The position numbers were made by a program, and so were the translations under genes. The notes below the pieces were generated by a model. That model was not told the DNA's origin. It saw nothing but the letters and a program-made list of their open reading frames with translations, and did not search any database. Shown piece by piece: positions 48,879-59,600 of a DNA stretch of 64,000 nt (position 1 is its first letter; each line of letters opens with the position of its first letter). Source of the DNA: Armatimonadota bacterium (GTDB taxonomy: Bacteria > Armatimonadota > Hebobacteria > CAIYQO01). Location: the NCBI GenBank assembly GCA_029553475.1, contig JAKPKV010000077.1, positions 6,082 to 70,081 of the forward strand. The letters run 5' to 3'.

Positions 48879-50936
48879 ATGTCATCACCGATACCATCCA
48901 CGCGGCCGCTGCGGGCGGCGTGTTGCGTCCTCATCGCCCTCGGCCTGCTGGCGGCCGCCTACGCGCTGGCGCTGCGCGTGAAGGCGGAAGCCTCCGCGCG
49001 CGCGGTGGAGATCGTGGTGGATTACCACGAAGCCGTCGCCCTCGCCGGCGCCGAAGGCGTGCCGCTGACGCGCGTGCTGAAGGAGGTGAAAGCGGCCGGC
49101 GCCACCGCGGTGGCCGTGCAGGAAGACACGCTGAACACGCTGGAAGCGCAGGGGGAGATCACCTTCGGCGCCCGCCCGACCGTGCACTACGCGAGCGCCT
49201 GGGCGCCGCAGGATCAGGTCTTCTCCATCGAGACGCCGGGGAATATGGACACCCTCACCTTCGTCTACGACGGCCTGAAGCGCGGCTACCCCGAGGCGAA
49301 TCTCCATGACCAGCGCCCCTTCCGCATTCTCGTGCGCGGCGACCGCGGCGAGGTGGCGGATATTGGCCTCGGTCTCTCCGCCGGGAAAGTACGGTTCATC
49401 AGGCAGAACGGCCTGCGCGTGGTGGCGCGGCTGCGCGGCAGCCCGGCGCTCAACGCAACGAGCCTGGCGGCGTCAGTGGAGCAGGTGGCGCGCATCCTCG
49501 GCCAGCGCGGCGAATCCTGGGAGATGCCGGTCGAGACCGCGGTCGCCCAGCCGGAGACGCAGCGCGGCATCGTCATCTTCGACGGCGACACCATCCCCGG
49601 CTACCGCGCGCTCATCCCCGATCTCGCCGTGCAGCTCTCCCAGCTCGGCCTCGTCTATGGCGCGGTGGAGTTCGCCAAACAGAAAGGCGACGTCGCGCTG
49701 GGCACGGCGCTGGGCGGCCAGCTCGTGCGCGTGCACAGCATCTCCCGCGAGGAGCTCGCCACCATGATGCCCGCCGAAGCGGTGGGGCGTTTCGGGCTGG
49801 CGGTGAAGGACCGCAACATCCGCGTGCTCTACGTCCGCATCCCGCCGGTGGTGGGGACAACCAGCCGCATCGCGGGCGCCGCGACGTATCTCGCCGCCAT
49901 CAAGGGGGAGATACAGAAGGGCGGTTTCACCGTCTCCGAGACGAAACAGGCGCATCCCTTCACCCGCCTGCACCTGCCGCCGGTCGCGCTGGCGATGCTG
50001 TTTGCCGGCGCGGGCGCGGCGTTCTTCCTCTGGATCATCAGCGTGCTGCCGGCGGACTGGCCGCGGCCGTGGGGGACGGTGGGCCTGATCGCGCTGGTCA
50101 TCGGCGTCGTGACCGCCTTCGCGCTGGCCTTCGTCAATCCCGATCTGGGGCGCATGGGCTTCGGCATCGCGGCGGCGGTCGCCTTCCCGCTGCTCGCGCT
50201 CACCGGGGCGTATCGCGAGATGCAGCGGCTCACGGGGGCCGGCGACCGGCGCCGCTGGCGCGCCGTGCGCGCGCTGCTCGTCACCACCGCCATCACCGTG
50301 CTCGGCGGGCTGCTCATCGCCGCCATGCTGGCGGAGGGTCGCTACCTGGTGAAGATCACCCAGTTTGTCGGGGTGAAGCTGGCGCTGGCAGCGCCGCTGC
50401 TGCTGTTCGGCCTGCTGCTGGCCGCAGACGGCCTCGCCCGCGCCGGGGAGAGTTTTGCCGCGTGGCGGGCGCGCGTCACCGCGAATCTACAGGGCTTTTT
50501 CCATCAGCCGCTCTACCTCTGGGGCATCATCGTCGCCGGCGCCGCGCTGGTGGTGGTGGCGCTCATGCTGGCGCGCTCTGGCAATGACGGCGGCGTGGGG
50601 GTCAGCGAGCTGGAGCTGCGCGTCCGCGCGCTGCTCGATCAGACGCTCGTCGCCCGCCCGCGCACCAAAGAGTTCCTGCTCGGCCATCCCCTCTTCCTGC
50701 TCGGCATGGCCGCGGCCATGCGCAACCTGCGCCCGCTGGCGATGATCCTCCTCCTCGGCGGCGCCATCGGCCAGGTGGACGTGCTCAATACCTTCTGCCA
50801 CGCCCACACCCCCGTGCTGCTCTCCCTGCTGCGCGTCGTCAACGGCCTCGGGCTCGGCGTCATCCTCGGCCTCATCGCCATCCTCCTCCTCTTCCCCCGC
50901 CAACCCGCGGCGGTGAAGACAACGGTGGAAGCGTAG
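48879..50936 (+). CDS. DUF5693-family membrane protein
   Basis: 'VRVHSI', 'AV.DRNIR.LY', 'F.GVK', 'RPRTKEFLLGHP' and 'NTFCHAHTP'. Confidence 0.8.
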   Translation: MSSPIPSTRPLRAACCVLIALGLLAAAYALALRVKAEASARAVEIVVDYHEAVALAGAEGVPLTRVLKEVKAAGATAVAVQEDTLNTLEAQGEITFGARPTVHYASAWAPQDQVFSIETPGNMDTLTFVYDGLKRGYPEANLHDQRPFRILVRGDRGEVADIGLGLSAGKVRFIRQNGLRVVARLRGSPALNATSLAASVEQVARILGQRGESWEMPVETAVAQPETQRGIVIFDGDTIPGYRALIPDLAVQLSQLGLVYGAVEFAKQKGDVALGTALGGQLVRVHSISREELATMMPAEAVGRFGLAVKDRNIRVLYVRIPPVVGTTSRIAGAATYLAAIKGEIQKGGFTVSETKQAHPFTRLHLPPVALAMLFAGAGAAFFLWIISVLPADWPRPWGTVGLIALVIGVVTAFALAFVNPDLGRMGFGIAAAVAFPLLALTGAYREMQRLTGAGDRRRWRAVRALLVTTAITVLGGLLIAAMLAEGRYLVKITQFVGVKLALAAPLLLFGLLLAADGLARAGESFAAWRARVTANLQGFFHQPLYLWGIIVAGAALVVVALMLARSGNDGGVGVSELELRVRALLDQTLVARPRTKEFLLGHPLFLLGMAAAMRNLRPLAMILLLGGAIGQVDVLNTFCHAHTPVLLSLLRVVNGLGLGVILGLIAILLLFPRQPAAVKTTVEA

Positions 50937-50979
50937 GGAAGAGAGAACCGCAGATTACGCAGATTTGCGCAGATAGATT

Positions 50980-51013
50980 GGAAAAGGGAAGGCGATAGCG
51001 CCTTCCCTTTTCC
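50980..51013. terminator. Probable intrinsic terminator hairpin between convergent genes
   Basis: Perfect 15-bp stem ggaaaagggaaggcg-atag-cgccttcccttttcc. Confidence 0.65.
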
Positions 51014-51097
51014 CTATTCCTTTTCCGCCCATTCTCTAGCCCAGGGCAACGCCCGGGGAGCCGTCCCCCATCCGCGCACTCCGCGGTTCCCCCCGTG

Positions 51098-52270
51098 TCA
51101 CCCCATCTCCTCCAGAAAGCGCATCCCCATCAGCAGGCCGCGCGGCAGGTGAAAACAGCCCTTCCATTTGCCGCCTTTGAGCGGCAGCAGCACCTCGCCG
51201 CGGCGGTTCAGATAGCCGTACCACTCGCCGTATTCGGGATCGGGAAAATGCAGCCAGGTGTAGGCGTGCACCTGGTCGTACCACGCCTTCAGGCTCTCGC
51301 GGCCCGTCAGCTTATAGCCGAGGATGAGCCCCACCAGCGTCTCCACGTGCACCCACCAGAGTTTCTGGTCCCACTCAAGCTGCTGCGGCGGCTTTCCGAA
51401 GGCGTCCAGGAAGTAGAAGATGCCGCCATACTGCTCGTCCCAGCCGAAATCGAGCTGGTCTTCCAGGGCGTCGGCGGCGCGTTCCACCATCGCCCGGTCG
51501 CCCAGTTGATCGGCGGCGTGCATCACGAACCACATCGCCTCGATACCGTGGCCGGGGTTGATGAGGCGGCCGTCGAAGGTATCGGGGTGGCTGCCGTCCG
51601 GGGCGACGTTTTCGAAGATGCGCTCCATCTCACGGTCCACGAAGACGTCCATCACCTCGCGCAGCTGCTCGCGGATCGTCGCCGCCACCGGGTAGTCAGG
51701 GATCGAGCCGCCCAGCTCGATGGCCAGGTTCACCGTGATCATCGGCAGCACCATCGAGCGCATCGGCCGCGTGCCCGGCACGATCTTGTTGTACGGCCCC
51801 TTCGGATTCTCCCAGCGGGCGAGGATGCGCTCGAAGGTGCGCACGGCGATCTCCGTCGCCCACGCCTCGCCGCTCGCTCGGCCGAATTCCGCGAACGCCA
51901 TCGCCGCGAAACAGTCGGCAAAGATGCTGTAGGGCTGCACCAGCGGCGCGCCGGCGCGGTTAAGGGAAAAATACCAGTCGCCCGCCGCGTCCCGCCCGTG
52001 CGCGGCGAGGAAGCGCGCCCCCAGCGCCGCCATCTCCAGCCACGCGGGCCGCGCCTCCAGCGCGTTGAAAAACTTGGCGAACATCCACACCTGCCGCGCC
52101 TGCAGCCAGACGAACTTGTCCGTGTCGAAGACGCTCCCGTCGCGGTTCAGGCAGGTGAAATATCCGCCGTATTCCCGATCCGGCGAGTGCCGCTCCCAGA
52201 ACGGAATCACGTCCTCCAGCAGCGCCCCGGCATACTGGTCGCGCAGTTTTTTCGGATTATCGAGCAGCAT
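51098..52270 (-). CDS. AGE-family epimerase (N-acylglucosamine 2-epimerase)
   Basis: GGAGGT RBS. 'DKFVWLQARQVW', 'NPGHGIEAMWF', 'KLWWVH.E' and 'KGGKWKGCFH.PR'. Confidence 0.92.
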   Translation of the reverse strand: MLLDNPKKLRDQYAGALLEDVIPFWERHSPDREYGGYFTCLNRDGSVFDTDKFVWLQARQVWMFAKFFNALEARPAWLEMAALGARFLAAHGRDAAGDWYFSLNRAGAPLVQPYSIFADCFAAMAFAEFGRASGEAWATEIAVRTFERILARWENPKGPYNKIVPGTRPMRSMVLPMITVNLAIELGGSIPDYPVAATIREQLREVMDVFVDREMERIFENVAPDGSHPDTFDGRLINPGHGIEAMWFVMHAADQLGDRAMVERAADALEDQLDFGWDEQYGGIFYFLDAFGKPPQQLEWDQKLWWVHVETLVGLILGYKLTGRESLKAWYDQVHAYTWLHFPDPEYGEWYGYLNRRGEVLLPLKGGKWKGCFHLPRGLLMGMRFLEEMG

Positions 52271-52290
52271 GGAATGTACCTCCCACATCA

Positions 52291-52557
52291 ATCGTCATCG
52301 TAATCGCTAAATCGCTTCTCTTGGCTGGCGAGACGCCGTCGGGCCGAGAACCATGCGCAAAAGTTCGTCTTTGGACGGTTACGGAGCCTACGCGCGGACT
52401 CCCACATACCTCTCGCGCGTAACCTCTGCCCCTGTCAAACTAACCTTTGTGTCTTCCCTTCTTCCCAACTTCGTGTTGAAACCGCACGGAGCCGGCCCCG
52501 ATTGCGATGACGACGACGATGACGATGACGAGTACGACGACGATTACGATGACGATT
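52291..52557. repeat. Inverted pair of hexamer tandem repeats
   Basis: atcgtcatcgtaatcg at 52291-52306 and the inverse tract at 52505-52557. Confidence 0.8.
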
Positions 52558-53659
52558 TGGTCAGCGCCTGATACACCCCCACCAGAAACGCCCGGTTATC
52601 CGCCTGCACGTAGTCCAGCTCCCCGCCCATGCGGTGGAAGGTTTTGCAGAAGCGCAGGTAGTAGGCGGGGTGATCCATCGGCGGCTCGCCGGCGCGCCAG
52701 TCCCAGTCGCCGCCGGCCTGGATATCGTTGACCACCAGCAGGTAGTCGGTCAGCGGCGGGCCGATCTGCCGCGCCAGGTTGTTCGCCATGGAGAGCGATT
52801 TTTCAAAGATCATCGGCGCCATGATGGCCGAGCCGACGGTGAGATGCACGCCCCCGGTGAGGCGGCTCACGCTGTCAGCGTAGCTGAGGAAATCGCGCAC
52901 CGCCGCGCGGCCGATGACGCCGCCGCTGTTCAGCGGGTGGGTGTAGATGATGTCGTAGCCGATGCCCGGATGCACGGTGAGCGGCACCCCCACCCGCGCC
53001 GCCGCCGCCTGCACGCTGAAGCGCTGGTGCGGGTGCGGCACGCGATAGTGGCCGGGCTCGACGCCGCCGGTGGTGATGAGCGCCAGCGCATCGGCCAGCG
53101 CGCCCAGCGTCTCGTCGGGGGCCTCCGTCGCCGCCAGCGCCGCCAGCTGCGCGCGCAGCGCGGCGGGCGGCGGGATCTCCAGGTGCTCCTCGGCGATGAG
53201 CGCCCCCACCGACGCGCCGTACCCCAGGCCGTCCAGCCCGCCGGCGGCGAGGGCCAGGTTGATCCAGCGCCCCGTCTCCTCCCAGGTGCCGAATTGCCCC
53301 CGCGCCACGTTCGCCCGCACGTCCTCGCTGCTGCGCCCCAGATAGGCGAACTCCCAGTCGTGGATGGAGCCGGCGCCATTGGTGGCCAGATGCGTCACCC
53401 AGCCCTCCTCGAGGAGCGCGATGAGCACCGGTCCCAGCCCGTTCTTGATGAGGTGCGCGCCGTAGGTGAGCATCACCGGCCGGTCCTGCGCCCGCGCCGC
53501 GCGAATGCGTTCTACCAATCGCGCCACCTGCCCCGCCTGATGCGGCGGCAGCGCCGGCGCCGGCCCGTCGGGCCGCACGGCGATCTCCGCGATGGCGAGC
53601 TTGCTCACGCGCTCGCGCAGCGGATGCATCTGCAGTTGTCGGCGATTCAGGCGCGGCAT
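52544..53659 (-). CDS. Conserved hypothetical protein (deoxyhypusine-synthase-like fold, tentative)
   Basis: GGAGGT RBS. 'GAHLIKNGL', 'HLATNGAGSIHDWE', 'TVHPGIGYDI' and 'GSAIMAP..FEK'. Confidence 0.7.
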   Translation of the reverse strand: MPRLNRRQLQMHPLRERVSKLAIAEIAVRPDGPAPALPPHQAGQVARLVERIRAARAQDRPVMLTYGAHLIKNGLGPVLIALLEEGWVTHLATNGAGSIHDWEFAYLGRSSEDVRANVARGQFGTWEETGRWINLALAAGGLDGLGYGASVGALIAEEHLEIPPPAALRAQLAALAATEAPDETLGALADALALITTGGVEPGHYRVPHPHQRFSVQAAAARVGVPLTVHPGIGYDIIYTHPLNSGGVIGRAAVRDFLSYADSVSRLTGGVHLTVGSAIMAPMIFEKSLSMANNLARQIGPPLTDYLLVVNDIQAGGDWDWRAGEPPMDHPAYYLRFCKTFHRMGGELDYVQADNRAFLVGVYQALTKSSS

Positions 53660-53711
53660 CGCACAACACCTCCGGCAGGAAAATTCGACCTGCCGCCGCG
53701 CCCTCCTCTTT

Positions 53712-54337
53712 CCGGTCCCGCTGGGACTGACTCCGCATGGCCGAATACGCACTCGGCAGCATCGCCGCCGCCCCGTGTCGGGCGCCGCCCAGCCCTACCA
53801 TGCGGAGTCTGTCCCTTCCGCGCTGAAGGAAACATATGCCTGGCAAAAAGAACAAACGTATGCTCTACTGCCGCCTGGACCGTGACGTGCTTTGTAGTCC
53901 GCGCCCTCCGCGGCGCGTGGTGACGCATTGCTCCACCGTGCCCGATGCTAGTGTTGTCGGACACGGTGTCGCCTTTTGGTCACACGCGCCGCGGAGGGCG
54001 CGGACTACCGAGGGCGCGGCGCCGCCCACTCCATGGGGTGATACACGGCCCCACCGAACAGCGCCGTCTGTTGGTCGTGCGCCACGCAACGAAGTGGAGT
54101 AGCGCCGCCGACAATCGCATCACGGCCCCGTGTGCGGCACAGACGGTTCGCTGTTCATGCTGGGACGGCGCCTCCGCTCGGACGGCAGGGAGGCTACCGA
54201 GTGCGTATTCGACCATGCGGGACCGGGGCGAAAGGGACAGACTCCGCATGGCAGGGCTGGACGGCGCCCGACACGGGGCGGCGGCGATGCTGCCGAGTGC
54301 GTATTCGGCCATGCGGAGTCAGTCCCAGCGGGACCGG
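53712..54337. repeat. Composite repeat mosaic with 106-bp outer inverted repeats (104/106)
   Basis: Arms at 53712-53817 and 54232-54337. Contains a GTAG REP doublet (53894-54008) and the 75-bp repeat (54035-54109). Confidence 0.92.
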
Positions 54338-54355
54338 CGAAATCCACAGAACCCG

Positions 54356-55261
54356 TCAGCGCTCCGTCGGCGCTGCCGCCCCCCGGCTGTTCTGGATGAA
54401 AATGTGATCAATGCGCTCCATGAGGGTATCCACCGTATCGGCGGGGGAGACGATGGTGGTGCCGAAGGTGACGGTGGGGGAGAGGATGCCGCCGTCCACT
54501 TCGAGGAAGGCGCTCTCCACCATGCGCTGCAGCTTATCGGCGACGACGTTCAGCCCGGCGGTGCTCTGATTCACCAGGATGACGAGGAACTCGTCTTTGC
54601 TCCAGCGGCAGACGGCGTCGCTGGAGCGTACGGCGTGCTGCAGCGTCTGCGCCACCATGTGCAGCACGCGGTCGCCGATGTCGCGCCCGTAGCGGGTATT
54701 GATGCCTTTCAGGTTGTCAATGTCCACGGTGAGCACGCTGAAGAGCACGCCGTAGCGCGTCCACTCGCCCATGCGGCTCTCCAGCAGGCGGCGGGCGTCG
54801 CGGCGGTTGCCCACCTCGGTGAGCGGATCGAGCAGCGCCAGCTCGTCCAGCCGCCGCAGCAGGAGCTGCGAGGCGTGCCAGGCGCTGTCATCGCTAAGGA
54901 TCTCCACCGCGCCGCAGATCGCGCCGGCGTCGTCGCGCATCGGCGTCACCCGCGCGTAGACGGGGATGCGGTGGCCGTCTTTGTGATGCAGGAAGACGTG
55001 GGAGTCGCGGACCTCCCCGTCGTGCAGCGTCTGCTGCAGCGGGCCGCTGTCGGCGCAGAGCGGGCGGCCGTGCTCGTCCACGTGCATCAGCACCGGGCTG
55101 GTGCAGCGCTGCCCGAGCATCTCCGCGGCGGCGTAGCCGGTCAGCGCCTCCGCGCTGGCGTTCCAGTAGCTGATGGAGAGGTCCGGCGCCACCGCGTAGA
55201 CCGCGTCGTACAGGTGGTCAAGGATCGCCCGCGCCGATTTCCCGCTGATCCCGTGCATCAT
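54356..55261 (-). CDS. PAS + GGDEF-like domain protein with degenerate active site (SKDEF)
   Basis: PAS 'YWNASAEALTGY..AEMLG', then 'DPLT.VGNRR', 'DIDNLK.IN..YG...GD' and 'RWSKDEF'. Confidence 0.88.
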   Translation of the reverse strand: MMHGISGKSARAILDHLYDAVYAVAPDLSISYWNASAEALTGYAAAEMLGQRCTSPVLMHVDEHGRPLCADSGPLQQTLHDGEVRDSHVFLHHKDGHRIPVYARVTPMRDDAGAICGAVEILSDDSAWHASQLLLRRLDELALLDPLTEVGNRRDARRLLESRMGEWTRYGVLFSVLTVDIDNLKGINTRYGRDIGDRVLHMVAQTLQHAVRSSDAVCRWSKDEFLVILVNQSTAGLNVVADKLQRMVESAFLEVDGGILSPTVTFGTTIVSPADTVDTLMERIDHIFIQNSRGAAAPTER

Positions 55262-55370
55262 CGTCTCCTCTGCCGTCACACGTGCGGAAGACCGCCTCTT
55301 CCGTTATTCCACATCGTCGGCCCCCGACCCCGGCCATCCCCGTCGTGGAGAAGCGGGGCCGACAGGCTCA

Positions 55371-56453
55371 TCATTCCCGCCCCAGCGCCGCCGCGACCTC
55401 GGCGAGCTGGTCCATCACCGGCAGCGTGTTCGGGCATTGGGGCTCGCAGGCGCCGCAGCGGGCGCAGGCGGCGGCGCGCTTGGCGGGGTCCATGCCGGCA
55501 TATTGCCCGGCGGCCCAGTCCAGCAGGCCGTAGACCTTCGCGTAGTTGTACAGGCGAAAATTGCCGGGGATATCCACGCCGCTGGGGCAGTCCATGCAGT
55601 AGCCGCAGGCGGTGCAGAACTGCTGGCCGAGGGCGGCGAACTCGTCAAGGATGGCGTCCATCCGCGCGTGGTCGGCGCCCTGGAAGGCGTTCACCGTGTC
55701 CACGTTCTCCGCCAGCATCTCCAGCGTGTTCATCCCGCTGCAGGCGCAGCTCACGTGGGGATTCGCCAGCACGAACTGCAGCGCGGCGGCGGCGGTGGTG
55801 TGCGCCCCGCCGGGCATGAGCGCCTGCAGTTGCGGCGCCGGGGCGGAGAGCATGCCGCCGGCCACCGGGCACATGGCGATGACCCCCACGCCCAACGCGC
55901 CGGCGCGGGCGATGGCCGGCGCGTAAGCGCGGTTGAGCATATTGTAGGGAATCGTCAAACTGTCGAAGAGGCCGGTCTCGATGAGCGCGATGTCATGCTC
56001 CGGCGTGTCGTGCCCGGTGAAGCCGATGTGGCCGATCAGCCCCTCGGCGCGCGCCTGATCCAGCGCCTCCAGCGCCCCGCCTTTCTTCGTCAGCATCTCC
56101 AGCCGGTCCAGGCTGAACCAGCCCACCTGAAAGAACTCCAGGTAGTCCACGCCGAGGATCTCCAGCTGCCGCTCGATCTCTTCGCGGTAGCTGCCGACGG
56201 TGGTCTCCGCGCTGATGCCCGCCTTGCCGGAGACGATCAGCCCGCGGCTGCGCCCTTTCAGCCCCCCGGCGGTGAGGTGCTGGCACCTGCCGTTGATATA
56301 CCCGCGCGTGGTCTCAAAATAGTTCACCCCGGCGGCGATGGCGGCATCCACCACCCGCGCCGCCAGCTCCGGGTCGTGCTCCGGCAGGCGCATGCACCCC
56401 ATCGCCAGCGCCGAGACCTGCAACCCGGTCTTTCCCAATGGCCGATACTGCAT
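55371..56453 (-). CDS. Aldo/keto reductase with a C-terminal 4Fe-4S dicluster
   Basis: 'YRPLGKTGL.VSAL.MGCMRLP', 'IGHIGFTGH', 'CTACGYC..CP' and 'C..CG.CE..CP'. Confidence 0.9.
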   Translation of the reverse strand: MQYRPLGKTGLQVSALAMGCMRLPEHDPELAARVVDAAIAAGVNYFETTRGYINGRCQHLTAGGLKGRSRGLIVSGKAGISAETTVGSYREEIERQLEILGVDYLEFFQVGWFSLDRLEMLTKKGGALEALDQARAEGLIGHIGFTGHDTPEHDIALIETGLFDSLTIPYNMLNRAYAPAIARAGALGVGVIAMCPVAGGMLSAPAPQLQALMPGGAHTTAAAALQFVLANPHVSCACSGMNTLEMLAENVDTVNAFQGADHARMDAILDEFAALGQQFCTACGYCMDCPSGVDIPGNFRLYNYAKVYGLLDWAAGQYAGMDPAKRAAACARCGACEPQCPNTLPVMDQLAEVAAALGRE

Positions 56454-56629
56454 GAACACCCCTCGTTTCAGCTCGTTTCAGCTAAACGTCCCATGTTATT
56501 CGATACGGGAGGACGCGTATCCTTGTCGGCGTGGGGCCGTCTACCCAAGCCTCCCTCCCGCTCCCCTCTCCCGGAGGTCGAGGGGCGTGCGCGGCTATGC
56601 GGGAACCGCGGCGCGCCGGCGTCTCGCCC

Positions 56630-59600
56630 TCAAAAGAGCGGAGGCAGGATGGCTTGCTTCTCCCACAGCGGATCACGGCCCGCCGGCGTCGTCCGCCTCG
56701 CGCCGGCATACGACACGCCCGCGGTCAGCGGCAGCCCCTGCTCGTCCGCCAGGCGGAAGTAGAGGCGCCAGGATTCGTGGCCGTGCGCGACTTTCAGCAG
56801 CACCGGGTTCTCGCCCGTTTTCAGGGTGACGAAGGCGCGGTCCTGGTCCTTGTAGGCCAGGCGGTAGCCGTTATTGTACACCACGCGCTCGCCGTTCACC
56901 CATACCGCCAGCCGCTCGTCGCCGCCGGTCATCACCTGCACGGTGCGGTCGCGGTCGGAGACGATGGTCGCCGCCAGGTAGGCGATGACGCCGCGATTGG
57001 GATCGAACGGCGCCAGCAGGTCCACCGGCTGGTCGGAGAGCGCCGGCTCCTCCACGTTGAGCAGCGGGCGCCACTGCACCGGCGCCGGGCCGTTTTCGCC
57101 CGCGTTGAGTCCGGTGTAGGTCGCCTGCAGGTTCAGCCCCTGCTCCGGGCCGAACTCCTTGAGCTGAAAATTCTGCCCGGCGTAGTCCAGGTTGTCGAAG
57201 GGGCCGACGATGTACCAGTCATGGAAGAAGGTCTGATGCGGACGGGCCACATCGGACAACTGCCCGCTCGCAGCGGGGATGCCCCATGGGAAAAACGGCC
57301 ACCCTCCACGCTGCCGCAGCGCCTTCAGGTGCACCGTCGGCCCGAGCGGCACGACCCACGCCGGTCCGTCTGCCAGGGTGACGGTCGCCAGTTTTTGCAG
57401 CGGCGCGCCGTTGAAGACGACCGCCGGCTGCCGCGCGAAGCCGGTGAGCAGCAGCGCCGTCGCCAGGGTCGGGTAGCCCCGCTGCTCCGGTTTCAGCTGG
57501 TAGTCAATCCACGCCGTGCCGTCCGCCGGGTTGATGCGCATGCGGGTCATCCCCAGCCGGCCGTCCGCGCGCACCTCCTGCCCGCCGGGCAGAAGGAAAC
57601 GGAAATATATCGGGTCGGGCATCGGGTTGTAGGCGGTGTAGGTGCCGCTTTGCGTCTCCGCCAGCAGGTAGGTGCGGTAGCCGGGCTCGGAGAGCAGCGT
57701 CGCCCCGCCTTTCTTCAGCACCCCCGTGCTCCCCTGGATGCTCCACGGCGTGTCGCGCTGGATGCCTGCGGGCAGGTAGTCATTCGCGCCATTCACCCGG
57801 ATATACCGGGGCCAGGACTGCCCGGAGTAGAAGGTCTTGTCCATCTCCCAGGCGTGGAAGCCCATCTCCAGCGTGTCCTCGCCGCTGCGATAGGTGATGG
57901 CATGATAATGGCCGGCATCCGCCGGGGACGCGTCATCCACCCACGCGATGGTCAGCTTCGCCGCTGTGATATGGTCGCGGAACTGTTCAAAGGTGCCGTA
58001 TTCGCTCTCGTCGCCCATCTCGATGACGTAGCCGGCGCTGGCCTTGCGCTCGGCCGTGTAGAGGTCGTCGAGATTCACCCCTTTGCCGCCGCGATAGAGG
58101 AATGTATTCACGTAGAGCACCGGCCACTCGTAGGCCACTTCCACCTCCTCGTCGCGCGCCAGCGGGTTCAGCGCGATGGGGGTGAGGGCGAGGTAGGTCA
58201 CCCCGTCCTTGATGAGGATCGTCTCGCCGGCTTTGGCGAAGACGGAGTGTTTCCCGGTGGTCTTCAGGAAGCGCTCCCACTCGTATTGCGGATCGGGGTT
58301 GGCTGGCGAGGCGGCGCCGGATAATTGGTCCACCTTGCGGTCGCCGATCCACACTTCGCGCCGGGAGACATCGCCGAAGGTCATGATCGCCAGGCTGGCG
58401 TGCAGCGCGTGGTAGGACGTCGGGTTGTACTGCGGATCCTGCGCGCGCCAGCCGCCGGCGTAGTCGGGGTTGGGCGGGGTGGACATGGAGCGGCGCGGCG
58501 GCAGCGCGGTCAGGGCGATGGCTTTCCCGTGCTGCTGCACGGCGCCGATATTCACCATGGACTGCAGAAAGACGCCGTTGATGCCAAAACTCATCTGCAG
58601 GGTGGAGAGCTCTTCCATGTGCGTGACGGTCCTGTCGGCGCGCCGCCACTGCGCGGTGAGCGGGGTGACGGTGGCATAGCCGCGGATTTCGGCGCGCGTG
58701 CCCAGCGACCAGTGTGTGCCGAGGCTGTTGACGTTCCAGCCGGCGTGGCCTTCGTCCGGCGCGAAATGCCAGACGCGGGCGCGGGCCGTCCACGGGTAGG
58801 TTTTATCATCCACGATATGCGTCCACTCCGCTGGCCCCCACGGCGCCAGCGCGGCGTAGCGGCCCGGCATCCCTTCGGCGCCGAAGGCGGGCACGTTGTG
58901 CAGCTTCGCGCCAGCGGGCAGGTCCGTGTGGATGAGCGCGCCCTGGCGGGAGAGGGTATGCACGGCGTGATACGGGCCATCCTGGAAGAGCAGTTGATAC
59001 TTCAATTCGCCGCGGCCCATCGGGTACGTCATGCGGCGCAGGCCGGGGTGGTAGACGGAGATGAGCTGCTCCATCTCGCGCTCGCTGGCGATCTCTCCCA
59101 TCAGCTTGTCGCAGGGGTCCGCGGCGTATTTGCCGATCATCTGCAGCCCGGCCACCGACAGCGCCTGGTAATAGGTGTCGCCCGCTTCCTGGTTGGCGCC
59201 GTTGTAGAAGCCGTAACAGCGCAGCAGCAGGTTTTCCAGCCCGTAGCGGGCATCGGCCAGCGGATAGGGCGCGTTCAGGTACTGCGCGCCCAGGTAGGCA
59301 CCGGCGATGGCGTTGGTATTGAAGTTCTGCGTGCCCAGCGTCCGGCTATAGGAGCGGAAGTAGCCGCGCTGGCGCGGGTTTTCGGTATCGGCCGTCTCCG
59401 GGTGCAGCCAGGCGGCCCAGTAGCGGGTGAGGTGGTCGCGCAGCCCGGGGTTGAACAGTTCGGGATAGGCGGCGGGCGCCAGCGCCCAGTCGCTGGTCAG
59501 GTGGCCGTCCCAGTGGTGCGGGGCGACGGTGAGCAGGCTCTGCGCGTACCGTTCGTACTGCGCGGGATCGCCGGAGAGGAGCGGGCCCGGGTTTATGCGG

